A DNA stretch of 64,000 nucleotides from a virus. Its lineage: Duplodnaviria > Caudoviricetes. The stretch's first letter is position 1; each line of letters opens with the position of its first letter. The notes beneath the pieces are model-generated. The model was not told the origin of the DNA. It made no database searches and saw only the letters and a list, made by a program, of their open reading frames with translations. This document shows, one piece after another, positions 42,529 through 52,805 of this stretch. Where the stretch lies: the IMG/VR virus record IMGVR_UViG_3300049198_000021, positions 112,505 through 176,504 of that record; one strand, written 5' to 3'. The position numbers and the translations under genes are program-made.

Positions 42529-43031
42529 TCGTCCTCGTCCTCTTCGTCCTCATCGTCATCGACACCGTGGCCGAACATCATCTCCTCGTGCTGGGCACGG
42601 AAGGTGGCGAAGTCCTTGAACAGTTCGAGGAGCGGGATGAAATTCTGGATCACGTCCATCGACTTGTCGGCATCGACCATGGACTCGGCGTGGTAGCGTT
42701 CGGTGACATCACATTCACCGTCTTGAAAGATCACAAGAACTGGCTCGTCCTCATCACCTTCATTGACGGTTTCCGAAATGGTGAAATAGATGACGCCATC
42801 CGACACATCGAGATCATCTTCGTCGCCGATTTCGAAGTGGATCATCACGAGGACGAATACCTCGGAGAACGCGTGATGGCTGTGGAAGCTATCGTTGCCT
42901 TCTTGGATGTAGTCCACGTCACCGGCGAAGGCGATTTCCCAATCGCCATTTTCGTAGATGACCACCACCGGTGTGCCCGGCTTGTCAGCGGCTGGAATTG
43001 TCGTGTTGAGCGTGAGCAGTGATGCGGTCAT
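42525..43031 (-). CDS. Highly acidic hypothetical protein
   Basis: Asp/Glu-rich 168 aa; overlaps neighbours. Confidence 0.6.
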   Translation of the reverse strand: MTASLLTLNTTIPAADKPGTPVVVIYENGDWEIAFAGDVDYIQEGNDSFHSHHAFSEVFVLVMIHFEIGDEDDLDVSDGVIYFTISETVNEGDEDEPVLVIFQDGECDVTERYHAESMVDADKSMDVIQNFIPLLELFKDFATFRAQHEEMMFGHGVDDDEDEEDEDE

Positions 43032-43405
43032 TAGAGGACTCCCATCCCCTTGGCAGTGCTGAGAACAATGGTGCGGAACAACCGATCCTTGAACTGCTGC
43101 TCGGGCGGTAGTTCTTCAAACGGAACCATGCAGGGGTGCGTCTTGGCTTCCGGGTCCTTGACCTCGCCGTAGACCCAGCCCTCGGTGACCTTCTCACGCA
43201 TCCACGATTCATGGCTTGCGCTGTCACCGGCTTCGGGATTGCCGACCACGAAGCGCACGCCTGCGATAGCGGAATCCTGCTGCCACTTGGGCGCATCTTC
43301 CCACGCCGGCTGGCTGGTGTCGCCGTTGTATTCGCACCAGACACGATTGACTTCATGACATACCCGTGCGAGATTGACAGCAGCGGTGCCGGAGATGTAA
43401 CCCAT
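43031..43405 (-). CDS. RyR-domain protein
   Basis: HESWMREK..GWVYG..KTHPCMVPFEELPPEQQFKD. Confidence 0.8.
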   Translation of the reverse strand: MGYISGTAAVNLARVCHEVNRVWCEYNGDTSQPAWEDAPKWQQDSAIAGVRFVVGNPEAGDSASHESWMREKVTEGWVYGEVKDPEAKTHPCMVPFEELPPEQQFKDRLFRTIVLSTAKGMGVL

Positions 43406-43618
43406 TGAGATGACCTTATTGTTGGGGTTGACTACGCGCCGTCGTCGTCGCGGAGTAGATGGAAAGCCGCCTGATCAGGCGTCTTGAACGGCCCGCGCAT
43501 GTTGTGGTTGAACATGCTACGGAAATAGAAGGTGCCGCGCTGGTGACCATTGTATTGGTCGGGAACCTCGAACACCTGCCCGATCGGGAAGTGGAGTTCT
43601 GGTTCGATGCGGAGAAGG

Positions 43619-43870
43619 TTATTCGACACGGAGCATGTCCCAGTCATCGTAGCCGAGAACGGCTGGTATAATACGAACAGTCTGCAAGGCTGCATCGACT
43701 GCCGAACGAAGAGCCTGACCGTGGAAGCTGTAGCTCTGAGTCACAGTCTCAATAGCTACTTGGGCGATCGCCTCGGCTTCGGCTTCGTCTGTGGTTATGC
43801 CTAGGCATTTCCAGCCCTCCCCGTTGGGGTTTCGGCACATCACAGCCCAGACGCTTTCTTGGACGATCAT
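43619..43870 (-). CDS. Hypothetical protein
   Basis: Coupled to upstream stop. Confidence 0.5.
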   Translation of the reverse strand: MIVQESVWAVMCRNPNGEGWKCLGITTDEAEAEAIAQVAIETVTQSYSFHGQALRSAVDAALQTVRIIPAVLGYDDWDMLRVE

Positions 43871-44592
43871 CAGGCAGCCTCACCCACCGCCATGAACTCC
43901 TCATAGAGAGCGGGTGTGATTTTCCCGGCGCGCTCCAGTCGGCGGACTTCCTTGTCGAAGGCACCAAGCGCGACCAGTTCGTGGAAGACCTTGCGGGTCC
44001 ACGAAATATCGACGATAGCGGAGTGGGCATTCTCCATCTCGACCCCGAAGAAGAAGGGCACGGCTTCTTCCAGCTTGGGCCACTTGTAGTTGGTGCTTCC
44101 GACCCGGACGACACCCTTCTTGGGAATCTTACAGATCGGTGTGGCCGTCTTCATCGTGCAGAGGAAGGGCGAGCCGGCGAAGACATCACTCGGAGTCTTG
44201 TGGTTCGGCCGCAGGCGCTGATATTCCCCTTCCATCACCTTCGTATCGAACGCGGTGTTGTGGCAGACAATCAGATCGGCATGTTCCGCCGCGATGATGA
44301 ACATCTCGACCGCATCAGCGATCGGGATACCCTGCTCTTCGCACATCTCGGGCGTGATGCCAGTGACTTCCATCGCCTTGTGTGAGATGATCGACGGCGG
44401 GAGTTCACCGGTGGGGTCTTCGTGGAGATACCAGTTGTCGGGCTTGATAAGCGCGTCGAGCGTGATGACATCAACGCCGTGGCGTTCGAGGATGAAGCCA
44501 AGCTGGGTGATGTTCGGCTGGTGGGTCTCACCAGTCTCGGGGTCCTTCCGGGGGAGGCCGGTGGATTCCACGTCGAAGAAGAGGATGTTCAT
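43870..44592 (-). CDS. DEDDh 3'-5' exonuclease (DnaQ-like)
   Basis: FFDVESTG, CHNTAFD, LCTM, WPKLEE, AHSAIVDI. Confidence 0.9.
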   Translation of the reverse strand: MNILFFDVESTGLPRKDPETGETHQPNITQLGFILERHGVDVITLDALIKPDNWYLHEDPTGELPPSIISHKAMEVTGITPEMCEEQGIPIADAVEMFIIAAEHADLIVCHNTAFDTKVMEGEYQRLRPNHKTPSDVFAGSPFLCTMKTATPICKIPKKGVVRVGSTNYKWPKLEEAVPFFFGVEMENAHSAIVDISWTRKVFHELVALGAFDKEVRRLERAGKITPALYEEFMAVGEAA

Positions 44593-44619
44593 GTCGGGAG
44601 GTGCCTTATTCTGTGAGCA

Positions 44620-44663
44620 GCGTTAACCTAAACAAGTCAATGTGTCAAGCCAAAATGTCGGTG
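44620..44663 (-). promoter_or_regulatory. Promoter with upstream CACCGACATT box
   Basis: Same 21-mer as 40837-40857. Confidence 0.65.
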
Positions 44664-44664
44664 A

Positions 44665-44946
44665 TCATTTGTTCAGGTGGACGCCGCCGTGCGGAATAAC
44701 TGGGCTGGCACCGGGACACAGAAACTCGATCAAGGTCTTCTGAGCGTTGAGTTCCTTGAGGCGTTTGATCCCATCGACCACGGCGTCAGCTTGCTCCGGT
44801 GTGAGCGCCAGACATCCGACGGTCTGACCTTCTGCAATGGAACGGATTTCGAACAGCCCGGAGCCCTCGCAGTTGGGGGTGAGTTGGATACAGTCGCCGC
44901 TCACGTTGTCGAAGATGCGGATGCTATATTCAGTGGTCAGTTTCAT
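44665..44946 (-). CDS. Hypothetical protein
   Basis: GGAGG RBS, overlap with upstream stop. Confidence 0.55.
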   Translation of the reverse strand: MKLTTEYSIRIFDNVSGDCIQLTPNCEGSGLFEIRSIAEGQTVGCLALTPEQADAVVDGIKRLKELNAQKTLIEFLCPGASPVIPHGGVHLNK

Positions 44947-45134
44947 ACGATGCCCTCCAGAAGAATGATGCCGATGCCTAGAATGATTGCGATGATAAGC
45001 GCCGTGGCCTTGTTGGGCTTATCATCAGCGAAGCGCGGAAAGGTCCGCCAATGGTGGGGATCGGTGACACTCAGGCGGTAGAAGAGATAGGCGACCAACA
45101 GACCGATGAACGCCTCGACAAAAGTTACTTGCAT
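44943..45134 (-). CDS. Small membrane protein
   Basis: Two hydrophobic segments; AAGGA RBS. Confidence 0.5.
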   Translation of the reverse strand: MQVTFVEAFIGLLVAYLFYRLSVTDPHHWRTFPRFADDKPNKATALIIAIILGIGIILLEGIV

Positions 45135-45144
45135 GTTGTGTTCC

Positions 45145-47460
45145 TTAGTGAGTTTCGTGCCAAGCATAACCATTCGAGGAAGATGCATCGACAGGGAGTG
45201 CGAAGTTGAGATATTCACCAGCCCGAGCAGCAGCCGCGACGCAGATCGCCTCGACCTTCTCTTCCAGTCCTTCACGGCAAGCGATCTGAACTTCGTCGTG
45301 GACCCAAGCGCAGAACACGAAGTCTCCGTCCCAGCCGTAAGTCAGGCCCTCGTCGTAGAGCATGTCTTCGATGAAGATCAGCCACCAGTTGGCGATCGTC
45401 GCACCCATCCCTTGCAGGTCGGTGTTGAGCGCCGCGTGCTTCGAACGAACGAACAGGCGGCGGCCGTCCAGACCTTCGAGGAACTTGCGACCAGCTTGAC
45501 GCTGGATGTCTCGGATGACCTTATTCAATGCGGGCAAGTTCTTGAGGAACTTCTGCTTGAGTTCCTTACCAATCTTGGCCTGCTGCACTGGGCTGGATAG
45601 CGGTGAGATGATCTTCCCGATCTTCTCGTCACCAGCCCCGTAGAGGAATGCGTAGATAAAGGTCTTTGCCGTATCGCGCATATCCAGACCAGCGAGACGC
45701 TGGTTTTCGGAGTGGATGTCGCCTTCGAGAAGCACCTGCCCGTAAGCACCACCATCATACTTCGCCATTTCGTGAGCAAGGCAGCGAAGTTCGATACCAG
45801 CCAAGTCGGACCCGACCAGCTTGAAGCCTTCATAGACCGTGAACAGCGAGCGACATTCATAGCCCCAGCCGCCCTTGAGGCCGAGAATGACCACTTCGAC
45901 GATCAGGTCACCAGCATCATCACGCTTGAAGAACGGATCGCCATTCTCGTCAACGGACTCAGCAAGTTCTTGCCAGTTATCGCAGCGGACGCCCTTGTGC
46001 ATCACAAGCACCGGCCCACCCTTGAAGATAGCATTCGGGCGAATGATACCTCGGGGCTTTTCGATTGGCTTGAGCGCTGAGATTTTTGGCTTCTTCTTGC
46101 GGACGGCCGGCACCTGAGCGAGGTTCGGGAAAGCGTGCGTCGCACGGGTGGTGACCGCGCCGCAGGGATTGACGTAAGCGTGGATGCAACCTGTGGTCGG
46201 ATTGTAGACCTTGAGCCAAGCCTGCTTACCGTCGGCCAACTGGCCCATCAGCTTGCGGATCGCGAGCAGATCGGCGAGGTCTTCTGCGACTGGGAACCGT
46301 TCGACGATACGCCGAAGGATCACGTCGTTCGCTTTGACGTTACCCTTCTCGGTGTAGTCCTCATCCTCAGGTTCCCAACCAAGCTCTTGCAAGCGGTCGG
46401 TAATCTGGGGGCGTGATGTCGGCTTGAACTCCTGCCAGACGATCGGCGTGAAGTGAGCCCCAGCGCTGTAGCGAGCGCGGAGCGGGTCCTTGAAGTTCAG
46501 CGCATCCTTAGGCTTGGTCTCAGGGTAGCCATACCAGCGGCGGTCAGGAACCAGTTCGTCCATCTCGGCGCGCTGCTTGGCAATAGCTTCGCTGGCCGTC
46601 AGGTTGGAATCGAACTTGATGTCAGCGGTTCCCCAGAAGTCAGGGAAGTCTCCGCCATTGACATTTCGGCCGATCGGCGCTGTGTCCATCCGCTTCTTGG
46701 GGATGAAACGTCCGGGGAAGGAAATTGCCAGCTTGGCTTCGAGATTGGCTTGCTCGATCGTCAGTTCGCCGGCGAGCAACTTGGCGCGTGATGCGTCGAA
46801 CGGGAATCCGTTCTCCTGCTGCCGGGCCATGAGGTCACCAAGGCGGTGCTGCACATAGACAGCATCAGGCGAAGCCTCACGGCTCTCGATCATCTTGACG
46901 AGGAGCGAGGTAACGTCAACGTCGTTCGAGCAGTAGTCTTCAAGCTCCTGAGTCCATGTGCCCCAGACCCAGCGGCGCATTTCCTCGGAGTCCTTAGCAT
47001 AGCCGCGCTCAAGACCGATCGCTTCCTTGATCGCCTTGTAGTCGCCCTTATACATGCCGAGACGCTGACCCCAGCTATCGAGCGTGTGCTTGCCGATCAG
47101 CTTGCCTTCAAGCTTCCCACCTTCGAACAGCCGGAAGTCCTTGTCCTTCTGGTCGGGGAACATCAGACGGGCGAGGATCAGGGTGTCGCGGATGCGCGCC
47201 TGAGGCTGCCAGCCGAACAGAATCTCCAGCATCGGAATATCATATGCAACAATGTTGTGACCCCAGATTTCCTCAGCGTCGTCCAATAGTGCGAACAGCT
47301 TCTCGATCGTGTCTTCGCGCTTGTTCTTGCGGAACACAAAACGCTGTCCAGAGTCGTAGTCCCGAACCACAACGCAATGACACACCGTAACCTGATCGAG
47401 CAGGCCATCGGTTTCCGCGTCGAATACGAGACGACGATATTTTTTCGGCTTGAGCTTCAA
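45145..47460 (-). CDS. T7-like family A DNA polymerase with 3'-5' exonuclease
   Basis: FDAETDGL, GHNIVAYD, YCSNDV (Exo I-III); TTRATHAFPNLAQVP, DLAGIELRCLAH, RDTAKTFIYAFLYGAG, WVHDEVQ. Confidence 0.95.
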   Translation of the reverse strand: MKLKPKKYRRLVFDAETDGLLDQVTVCHCVVVRDYDSGQRFVFRKNKREDTIEKLFALLDDAEEIWGHNIVAYDIPMLEILFGWQPQARIRDTLILARLMFPDQKDKDFRLFEGGKLEGKLIGKHTLDSWGQRLGMYKGDYKAIKEAIGLERGYAKDSEEMRRWVWGTWTQELEDYCSNDVDVTSLLVKMIESREASPDAVYVQHRLGDLMARQQENGFPFDASRAKLLAGELTIEQANLEAKLAISFPGRFIPKKRMDTAPIGRNVNGGDFPDFWGTADIKFDSNLTASEAIAKQRAEMDELVPDRRWYGYPETKPKDALNFKDPLRARYSAGAHFTPIVWQEFKPTSRPQITDRLQELGWEPEDEDYTEKGNVKANDVILRRIVERFPVAEDLADLLAIRKLMGQLADGKQAWLKVYNPTTGCIHAYVNPCGAVTTRATHAFPNLAQVPAVRKKKPKISALKPIEKPRGIIRPNAIFKGGPVLVMHKGVRCDNWQELAESVDENGDPFFKRDDAGDLIVEVVILGLKGGWGYECRSLFTVYEGFKLVGSDLAGIELRCLAHEMAKYDGGAYGQVLLEGDIHSENQRLAGLDMRDTAKTFIYAFLYGAGDEKIGKIISPLSSPVQQAKIGKELKQKFLKNLPALNKVIRDIQRQAGRKFLEGLDGRRLFVRSKHAALNTDLQGMGATIANWWLIFIEDMLYDEGLTYGWDGDFVFCAWVHDEVQIACREGLEEKVEAICVAAAARAGEYLNFALPVDASSSNGYAWHETH

Positions 47461-47917
47461 GGGGACTACCTATCGGAGGAGGGTTTTGTTAACCACAAAA
47501 CACTGGCAATGTCAACCTAGAATGGCGGTGATCAGAACGACACCACCAACAGTCAGACAGGCAACCAGTCCGTGGGCGAGGCTATAGCGTAGCCACTCTT
47601 TGGCTTGCTCGCTCATCCGTCCGGGCCGATCCCACGAACACCGCAGACAGTGCAGGTCATACCATCGAGACAAGGCCCACAAGGGGGCGATATGTGGCAG
47701 TAGCATCCCTCGGGCTCATATACCAAGGTTCCCTGACAGGGACCAATGCCGTCGTCGTAATCGCGATTACAATCGTCGCCTTCTTCATATCCAATTTCAG
47801 GTGAGTCCGTCTGGGTCATCATCATTTCCATTCAGGTAGGACAAGATAAGGAAGGAACAGACAATGATGGCGACCCACGTCATGGCTGTGAACATTTGTT
47901 CGATCAGGCGGTAAATA

Positions 47918-48457
47918 TCAAATGTCGAGGGCAAGTTGGCCTCCATCAGTAAAATCGTGGACTTCTTCATCGTAGGGGTCATCGTATTTGATGTATCCCG
48001 CGTCGATCGACATCTCGCGGCCGATCTGTTCGAAGAATCCGTGGTATCCGTAGTCGTGGCAGACCACCTGTCCATTCAACATACCAAAGTTGGCGAAGTG
48101 AATGTCGTGGAGGACGGCAGGAATTACGCCGCCCCGCGTCCGGGTCAAAGCTGCCTTGAACTCACGGTCGGTCTTGAAGGGCTCAGTCCGCTTCTGGATC
48201 AACACGTTCCCGTAAGGATCGATGTCGATGCAAGGGGCGAACCAATCTGAGATCGGCCAGTCTTTCATCTCCTGCCACACCAGCCATTCGGTTTGGTTGT
48301 GAAAGGTTCGTGCGGTGGTCTCGACCTTCATCACAATCGACGGGTCATGAACCACTTCGTAGACTTCTCGGGATGCGCCTGATCCTATGCACTTACCCAA
48401 GAACATCGTCAGGATGGAGTTCTTGAGCGGGTCCACGTAATTCCAAGGATTGCTCAT
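47918..48457 (-). CDS. Protein-kinase-like fold protein
   Basis: IGSGASREVY Gly loop, VMKVE, HDIHFANFG catalytic loop, HDYG. Confidence 0.65.
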   Translation of the reverse strand: MSNPWNYVDPLKNSILTMFLGKCIGSGASREVYEVVHDPSIVMKVETTARTFHNQTEWLVWQEMKDWPISDWFAPCIDIDPYGNVLIQKRTEPFKTDREFKAALTRTRGGVIPAVLHDIHFANFGMLNGQVVCHDYGYHGFFEQIGREMSIDAGYIKYDDPYDEEVHDFTDGGQLALDI

Positions 48458-48783
48458 CGGTCTCTTTCGAAACGAAGCACGGTGATCGGGGCGGACCACA
48501 TGATGCCGGGGTGGAAATAAAGCATGGACTGGCGGGCCGCTTCGGCGTCTTCGTATCCGGCAAGGATCGCGTCGTAGTCACTCAGATCACGAAATGTCGT
48601 GTTGATGACTCGATCGATATAGACTGGGACGGGACGGAAGTTACCACTGGTAGAATGAAAGACCAGACGCCCCGGCGACACGGCTCTCTCACCGATACGC
48701 AAGTTGGCTTTCATACTTCCTCGGACTAACCGGTGGAAGAACCGGTCGTCGAGGAGGAGCGTCTGGTCATCTTCGTAGATCAC
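48454..48783 (-). CDS. ASCH/PUA-like domain protein
   Basis: GSMKANLRIG..FRDLSDYDAILAGY pattern. Confidence 0.5.
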   Translation of the reverse strand: MIYEDDQTLLLDDRFFHRLVRGSMKANLRIGERAVSPGRLVFHSTSGNFRPVPVYIDRVINTTFRDLSDYDAILAGYEDAEAARQSMLYFHPGIMWSAPITVLRFERDR

Positions 48784-50414
48784 GCGTGGAATCTTCCCTT
48801 GTTGAGCGTGATGATCGTGCGCTTACCGTTCGGGTAAGTGATGATGTGGCTGTGCGACCACGACGACGGGCCCTTGTTGTAACCCATGTCGAGATTACCC
48901 GAGACACCACCAACGTAAGCCCCGTCCCGGATCGCCGGGCTGTGGGTGTGACCGGTGTTCGACTTGCGGCCGGAGCGGCTGATCGCCAGCGGCGAACCAC
49001 GCGAACCGTTGGGGCCAAGGTGGCCGTGCATCCCGCATTCGATGTCGCCGCAGATGATGAACGACTGATCTTCGTTGCAGAACACAACGTCCTCAGGAGT
49101 CCCCATCTCACGCATGACTTGTTGGAACACGTCAGGCGAGCCGTTGCCGGATTTCATCTGCATGTAGAGCCACTTCTGGCAACTCAGGAAGAACAGAGCG
49201 TTCTCCGGATCGTCCCGGTAGTCAGCCGTCTTGAGCCACTTGAGCAGAGCCTGATCGTGGTTGGATTCCACGATGACCGAAGTGCATTCGTCCCGGTGGA
49301 CCTGCTTGATGAACTCAGCACATCCCTTCAACGCCAACTCGACGTTGTTGTTCTGCCCGCCCCGTGTGTGAGCCGCAAAGCGGAAGTGGTGATCCTTGAT
49401 GTTGTGGTGATTGCGCGGCGAGAAGTCGCTGAGGTCGTGGTAGAACTCATACTTCGGACGCAGCCGGTGGATCAACGGCAGCGGGCGGGGATCGTGCGGG
49501 TCTTGGAAATTCTCGATGTCCCAAGCTTCTTGCGACGGGACATCATATCCCCACGTCAGCATCGCGACTTGGAAGTCCAGCTTCTCGTGGTGGATGTCGC
49601 CGTAGCTGATAGCTTCGACCCGGTGATTGGTGGTCACCCCTTGGCTGGTCACATACCGATCGAGATCGTAGAACGAGCCATTCTCCAGATCAGTCGTCAG
49701 CAGGTGCCGGCAATAGGTCGCGCCGTCCGGAGTCATCTCGACCAGAACAGCACCGATCTGGTGGTGGAAGGTTGCCTTGATCCCGGCCTTCTTGCGGACG
49801 TAATTCGGCAGAGTGACAGAGCCGGTGGTCATCAACTGCTTGGCCCGCTCGTGCTTCATGGTCGCCACCGATTCCAACTGGACCTTCGGGTGCGGGAAGA
49901 CGCCCCAGCGAGCGCGGGTGTAGGTAGCGAACCCGGACAACGGGGTGACCGCCGTCGGGAGTGTGTTCATCTCGCCGCAGAAGTCCACTTCGTCTCCCAG
50001 CCGAACCCGATCGTGAACGATGAAGTCATCGACCGAAGGGTGGAAACCAACCTTGGGCGAACGGGTGTCGTGATCCTCGAACAGCTTCTTGCTGTAGGTG
50101 AACCCTGAGACGATGATCTCACACTCACCCAGCCAGTGGGCGTAGACGTTGAGAGCGTTCCAGAAGTCCTCGTGGATGTCCGAACAATCCTGTGCCGAAG
50201 TCAGGATGAAGTAGCGGGTGTGATCCAGCGGTTCATAGACAGTCGGCCGCAGCGGACGGTTCGAAGAGAAGACGAACTCGATCTGCTCTCCGAGGTCTTC
50301 CTGCACTGCGATGTTTCGCTTCATGCGGTAACGTAGCGTGGACTCAGCGATGTTGAGGGCGCGGGCAGCCGGGCGGATGCCGCCGTGCTGGGCGACCAGT
50401 TCAAGATATTCCAT
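48780..50414 (-). CDS. HTH + metallophosphoesterase-like protein
   Basis: N-terminal IRPAARALNIAESTLRYR HTH; GDIH, HD, SNHD, MHGH, GHTHS motifs. Confidence 0.7.
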   Translation of the reverse strand: MEYLELVAQHGGIRPAARALNIAESTLRYRMKRNIAVQEDLGEQIEFVFSSNRPLRPTVYEPLDHTRYFILTSAQDCSDIHEDFWNALNVYAHWLGECEIIVSGFTYSKKLFEDHDTRSPKVGFHPSVDDFIVHDRVRLGDEVDFCGEMNTLPTAVTPLSGFATYTRARWGVFPHPKVQLESVATMKHERAKQLMTTGSVTLPNYVRKKAGIKATFHHQIGAVLVEMTPDGATYCRHLLTTDLENGSFYDLDRYVTSQGVTTNHRVEAISYGDIHHEKLDFQVAMLTWGYDVPSQEAWDIENFQDPHDPRPLPLIHRLRPKYEFYHDLSDFSPRNHHNIKDHHFRFAAHTRGGQNNNVELALKGCAEFIKQVHRDECTSVIVESNHDQALLKWLKTADYRDDPENALFFLSCQKWLYMQMKSGNGSPDVFQQVMREMGTPEDVVFCNEDQSFIICGDIECGMHGHLGPNGSRGSPLAISRSGRKSNTGHTHSPAIRDGAYVGGVSGNLDMGYNKGPSSWSHSHIITYPNGKRTIITLNKGRFHA

Positions 50415-50420
50415 GGGACC

Positions 50421-51209
50421 TCAGTTCAGAACGAGCGGGCCGGACTTCGGCTGGCCGGGCTTGGGTGCAAAATCAGGGTGTGCGTAGGCGATGCCAGCGG
50501 CACCGGCCTTGTGACGCCAGTCCCAGACGAACCACGAGTAATTATGGCGGGGCGAGCCCGTGGAGCCGGCGACCCAGCGGGGGCGCTTCGAGACGACGAT
50601 CTTCTTGTGGAAGGGCGGGAGTCCGAACAGCGGCATACGCCCCTTCGAACAGTCGTATTCATTCCGCAGGAACATCGCGACCTGACCCTTGACAGGCTGC
50701 ATCAGCTTGAGAGCGTGCTTGATGAACTCTTCCGGGAGATCACCGGCGTAGGGTGGGTTGGAAACGATAGCCTTGATCGACGGATCAGGGAGCTTATCCA
50801 TCTTGAGGAAGTCACCGATGGTGAAGCGATCTTCGTAACCATAATCGATGATGTCGCTCGACCAGACAGTGTGTCCGAAGTCCGTCAGGCGCTGCGAGAT
50901 GTCGCCCTTACCGGCCGCGCACTCCCAGACGTTGGGGTGGATGTTGACGTGCTGGAGAAGGCAGTCCACATTCTCCGGCGGCGTGCAGTAATGGTCTGCC
51001 TCGATCCGCTCGTATCCGGAGTCGCCCAGCATGGCGGCGTCCTTCTTGGTGAGTTCTTTGAGCCGTTGAGCAGTCAGTTCAGCCAACGCCTCTGCCTCCT
51101 CCGACGGGGCCGGAATGAAGTTCAGTTCTTCGAGGAACGGGTTCGCTGATAGTCCAGCGATTTCCTCAGGAGTGGCTTCACCCCAGTTGATTTCAGGTAG
51201 CGATGGCAT
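50421..51209 (-). CDS. Amino-DNA methyltransferase (N6A/N4C)
   Basis: DHYCTP, WECAAGKG (motif I), DFL, VSNPPY (motif IV), YSWFVW. Confidence 0.85.
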   Translation of the reverse strand: MPSLPEINWGEATPEEIAGLSANPFLEELNFIPAPSEEAEALAELTAQRLKELTKKDAAMLGDSGYERIEADHYCTPPENVDCLLQHVNIHPNVWECAAGKGDISQRLTDFGHTVWSSDIIDYGYEDRFTIGDFLKMDKLPDPSIKAIVSNPPYAGDLPEEFIKHALKLMQPVKGQVAMFLRNEYDCSKGRMPLFGLPPFHKKIVVSKRPRWVAGSTGSPRHNYSWFVWDWRHKAGAAGIAYAHPDFAPKPGQPKSGPLVLN

Positions 51210-51210
51210 G

Positions 51211-51738
51211 TTATTCCTCGGAACTCAGCGTGGTCATCATGACACCCGCTTCTTGAAAAATGGCGCGTGTCGCGGCGAGGCTGGTGCCCCACCGTTCAAG
51301 CTGTTCGGGCGTGGGTTCAGGACTCACGACGCGGGTGATCCCTGCCTGAACCACAAAGACGGCGCACCGGTCGCAGGGAGTGAACGTGCAATAGAGAGTG
51401 CAGTTGTCCACAGGACCATGGGCATTCAGAATGGCGTTCATTTCCGCGTGGACGATGCGGCTGTATTTGGTTTCCCGGTCCTCGTAGAGAGATGGGTGAT
51501 CTGACATACCACGGGGAAACCCGTTGTAGCCGACGCTGATGACCGTGTTGTTCGGGCGGACGATGACCGCACCGACTTTGGTGGAGGGGTCCTTGCTGGC
51601 TGTGGCGATGTATTGCGCCATGCCGAGATAGAACTGATCCCACTTATCGATGCGCCCGGCGCGCTGCCGGATTTCATCTTCCAGATCGAAGCGAGGATCG
51701 ATGTCGCTCCGGCCGATCGGCGGCGGGCAGCAGTTCAT
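51211..51738 (-). CDS. dCMP deaminase
   Basis: SKDPSTKVGAVI, GYNGFPRG, HAEMNA, PCDRC. Confidence 0.93.
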   Translation of the reverse strand: MNCCPPPIGRSDIDPRFDLEDEIRQRAGRIDKWDQFYLGMAQYIATASKDPSTKVGAVIVRPNNTVISVGYNGFPRGMSDHPSLYEDRETKYSRIVHAEMNAILNAHGPVDNCTLYCTFTPCDRCAVFVVQAGITRVVSPEPTPEQLERWGTSLAATRAIFQEAGVMMTTLSSEE

Positions 51739-51989
51739 CGCTTTGCCTTGTTCGCAATGTCCAGCTTCACTTCTGGCGGCAGTCCGTCCGTGATCGCCTT
51801 CATCATAAGCGCCACGCGTCCTTCGAGCAGCCGAAGCGCAGACGTAGGGACCCGCGACTTGTCGGCTTCCTCAAAGACCTTGAGGATGGCTTCGGACAGC
51901 ATGGTGAGATCATCGGTGCGGCTGATGTCGGCGGTGATGACAGCGCCTTCCGGGAGAATGGGTTCTGCAAGACGAATGTTGATGTTCAC
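51735..51989 (-). CDS. Hypothetical protein
   Basis: Overlapping neighbours; GAGG RBS. Confidence 0.5.
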   Translation of the reverse strand: MNINIRLAEPILPEGAVITADISRTDDLTMLSEAILKVFEEADKSRVPTSALRLLEGRVALMMKAITDGLPPEVKLDIANKAKR

Positions 51990-52753
51990 AGGCGGAAACC
52001 TCTCTTGGTGTATTCCAAAGGCTCGTAGTTGCCTTCGGTTTCTATGATGGTCTGGTAGCGGCGAATGAAGCGGTCTTTGGCTTCCTTGGCCGACCAGACG
52101 CGGAACTCGGGAACCACATCGTGAATGGAGATGCGGGGGTGGTCTTGTTCGTTGCTGTAAGGCACCACTGGTGGGCCCATCAGTTCGTCGCGTTCGAGGA
52201 ACACCATCATGTTATCCACACGACGGACGCATTCCCGGATTGCTTGATCCACCGGGCAACGGAGTTCTTCGATGATATGCTCCATCAGGGCATCTTCACC
52301 GTCCTTGTATCCGTTGACCGAATATTTGACCGGGCGCACCAGATCAGCGAACCCATATCCTTCGGGAGCGTCGTGGATCAGGCCATAGAGAGCCGGAGAA
52401 CCAGACAGTGACCAATCCCACTTGGGGACCAGCTTCTTGCGGTTCAGGGCGCAAATGTCAGCGACGTGAACCGAGTGTTGGGCAACCGAGTAGCGGACAG
52501 GATCACCGTAGCGATCGGCAGTCTGACCGCCCCAGCGGGGCATCACAGCCAACGTGTGTGCGATCGTCTCGATGTCGATCTCGTTGCCCGGATGCTTCGG
52601 CTGGAGCGGCCAGAAGTAGCGCCCCTTGTAGATTTGGATCGCCCCTTCGAGGCTCGAAACCTTGGCGACTGCCCGGTTGCGATTGATCCGGGCTTGCCAC
52701 TGACTGTCAGACAGACAGACAGATGGCTTAGCCTGCGTCGGGTGATTGAGCAT
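51986..52753 (-). CDS. HD-domain 5'-deoxynucleotidase-like protein
   Basis: IAHTLA..RWGG..YSVAQHS..LIHDAPEGY..D...P.K. Confidence 0.8.
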   Translation of the reverse strand: MLNHPTQAKPSVCLSDSQWQARINRNRAVAKVSSLEGAIQIYKGRYFWPLQPKHPGNEIDIETIAHTLAVMPRWGGQTADRYGDPVRYSVAQHSVHVADICALNRKKLVPKWDWSLSGSPALYGLIHDAPEGYGFADLVRPVKYSVNGYKDGEDALMEHIIEELRCPVDQAIRECVRRVDNMMVFLERDELMGPPVVPYSNEQDHPRISIHDVVPEFRVWSAKEAKDRFIRRYQTIIETEGNYEPLEYTKRGFRL

Positions 52754-52805
52754 GTGGGGCTTTCCTTGGTCGGGATGAACACTGTTAAGCATAACCGCCG
52801 GTCAG

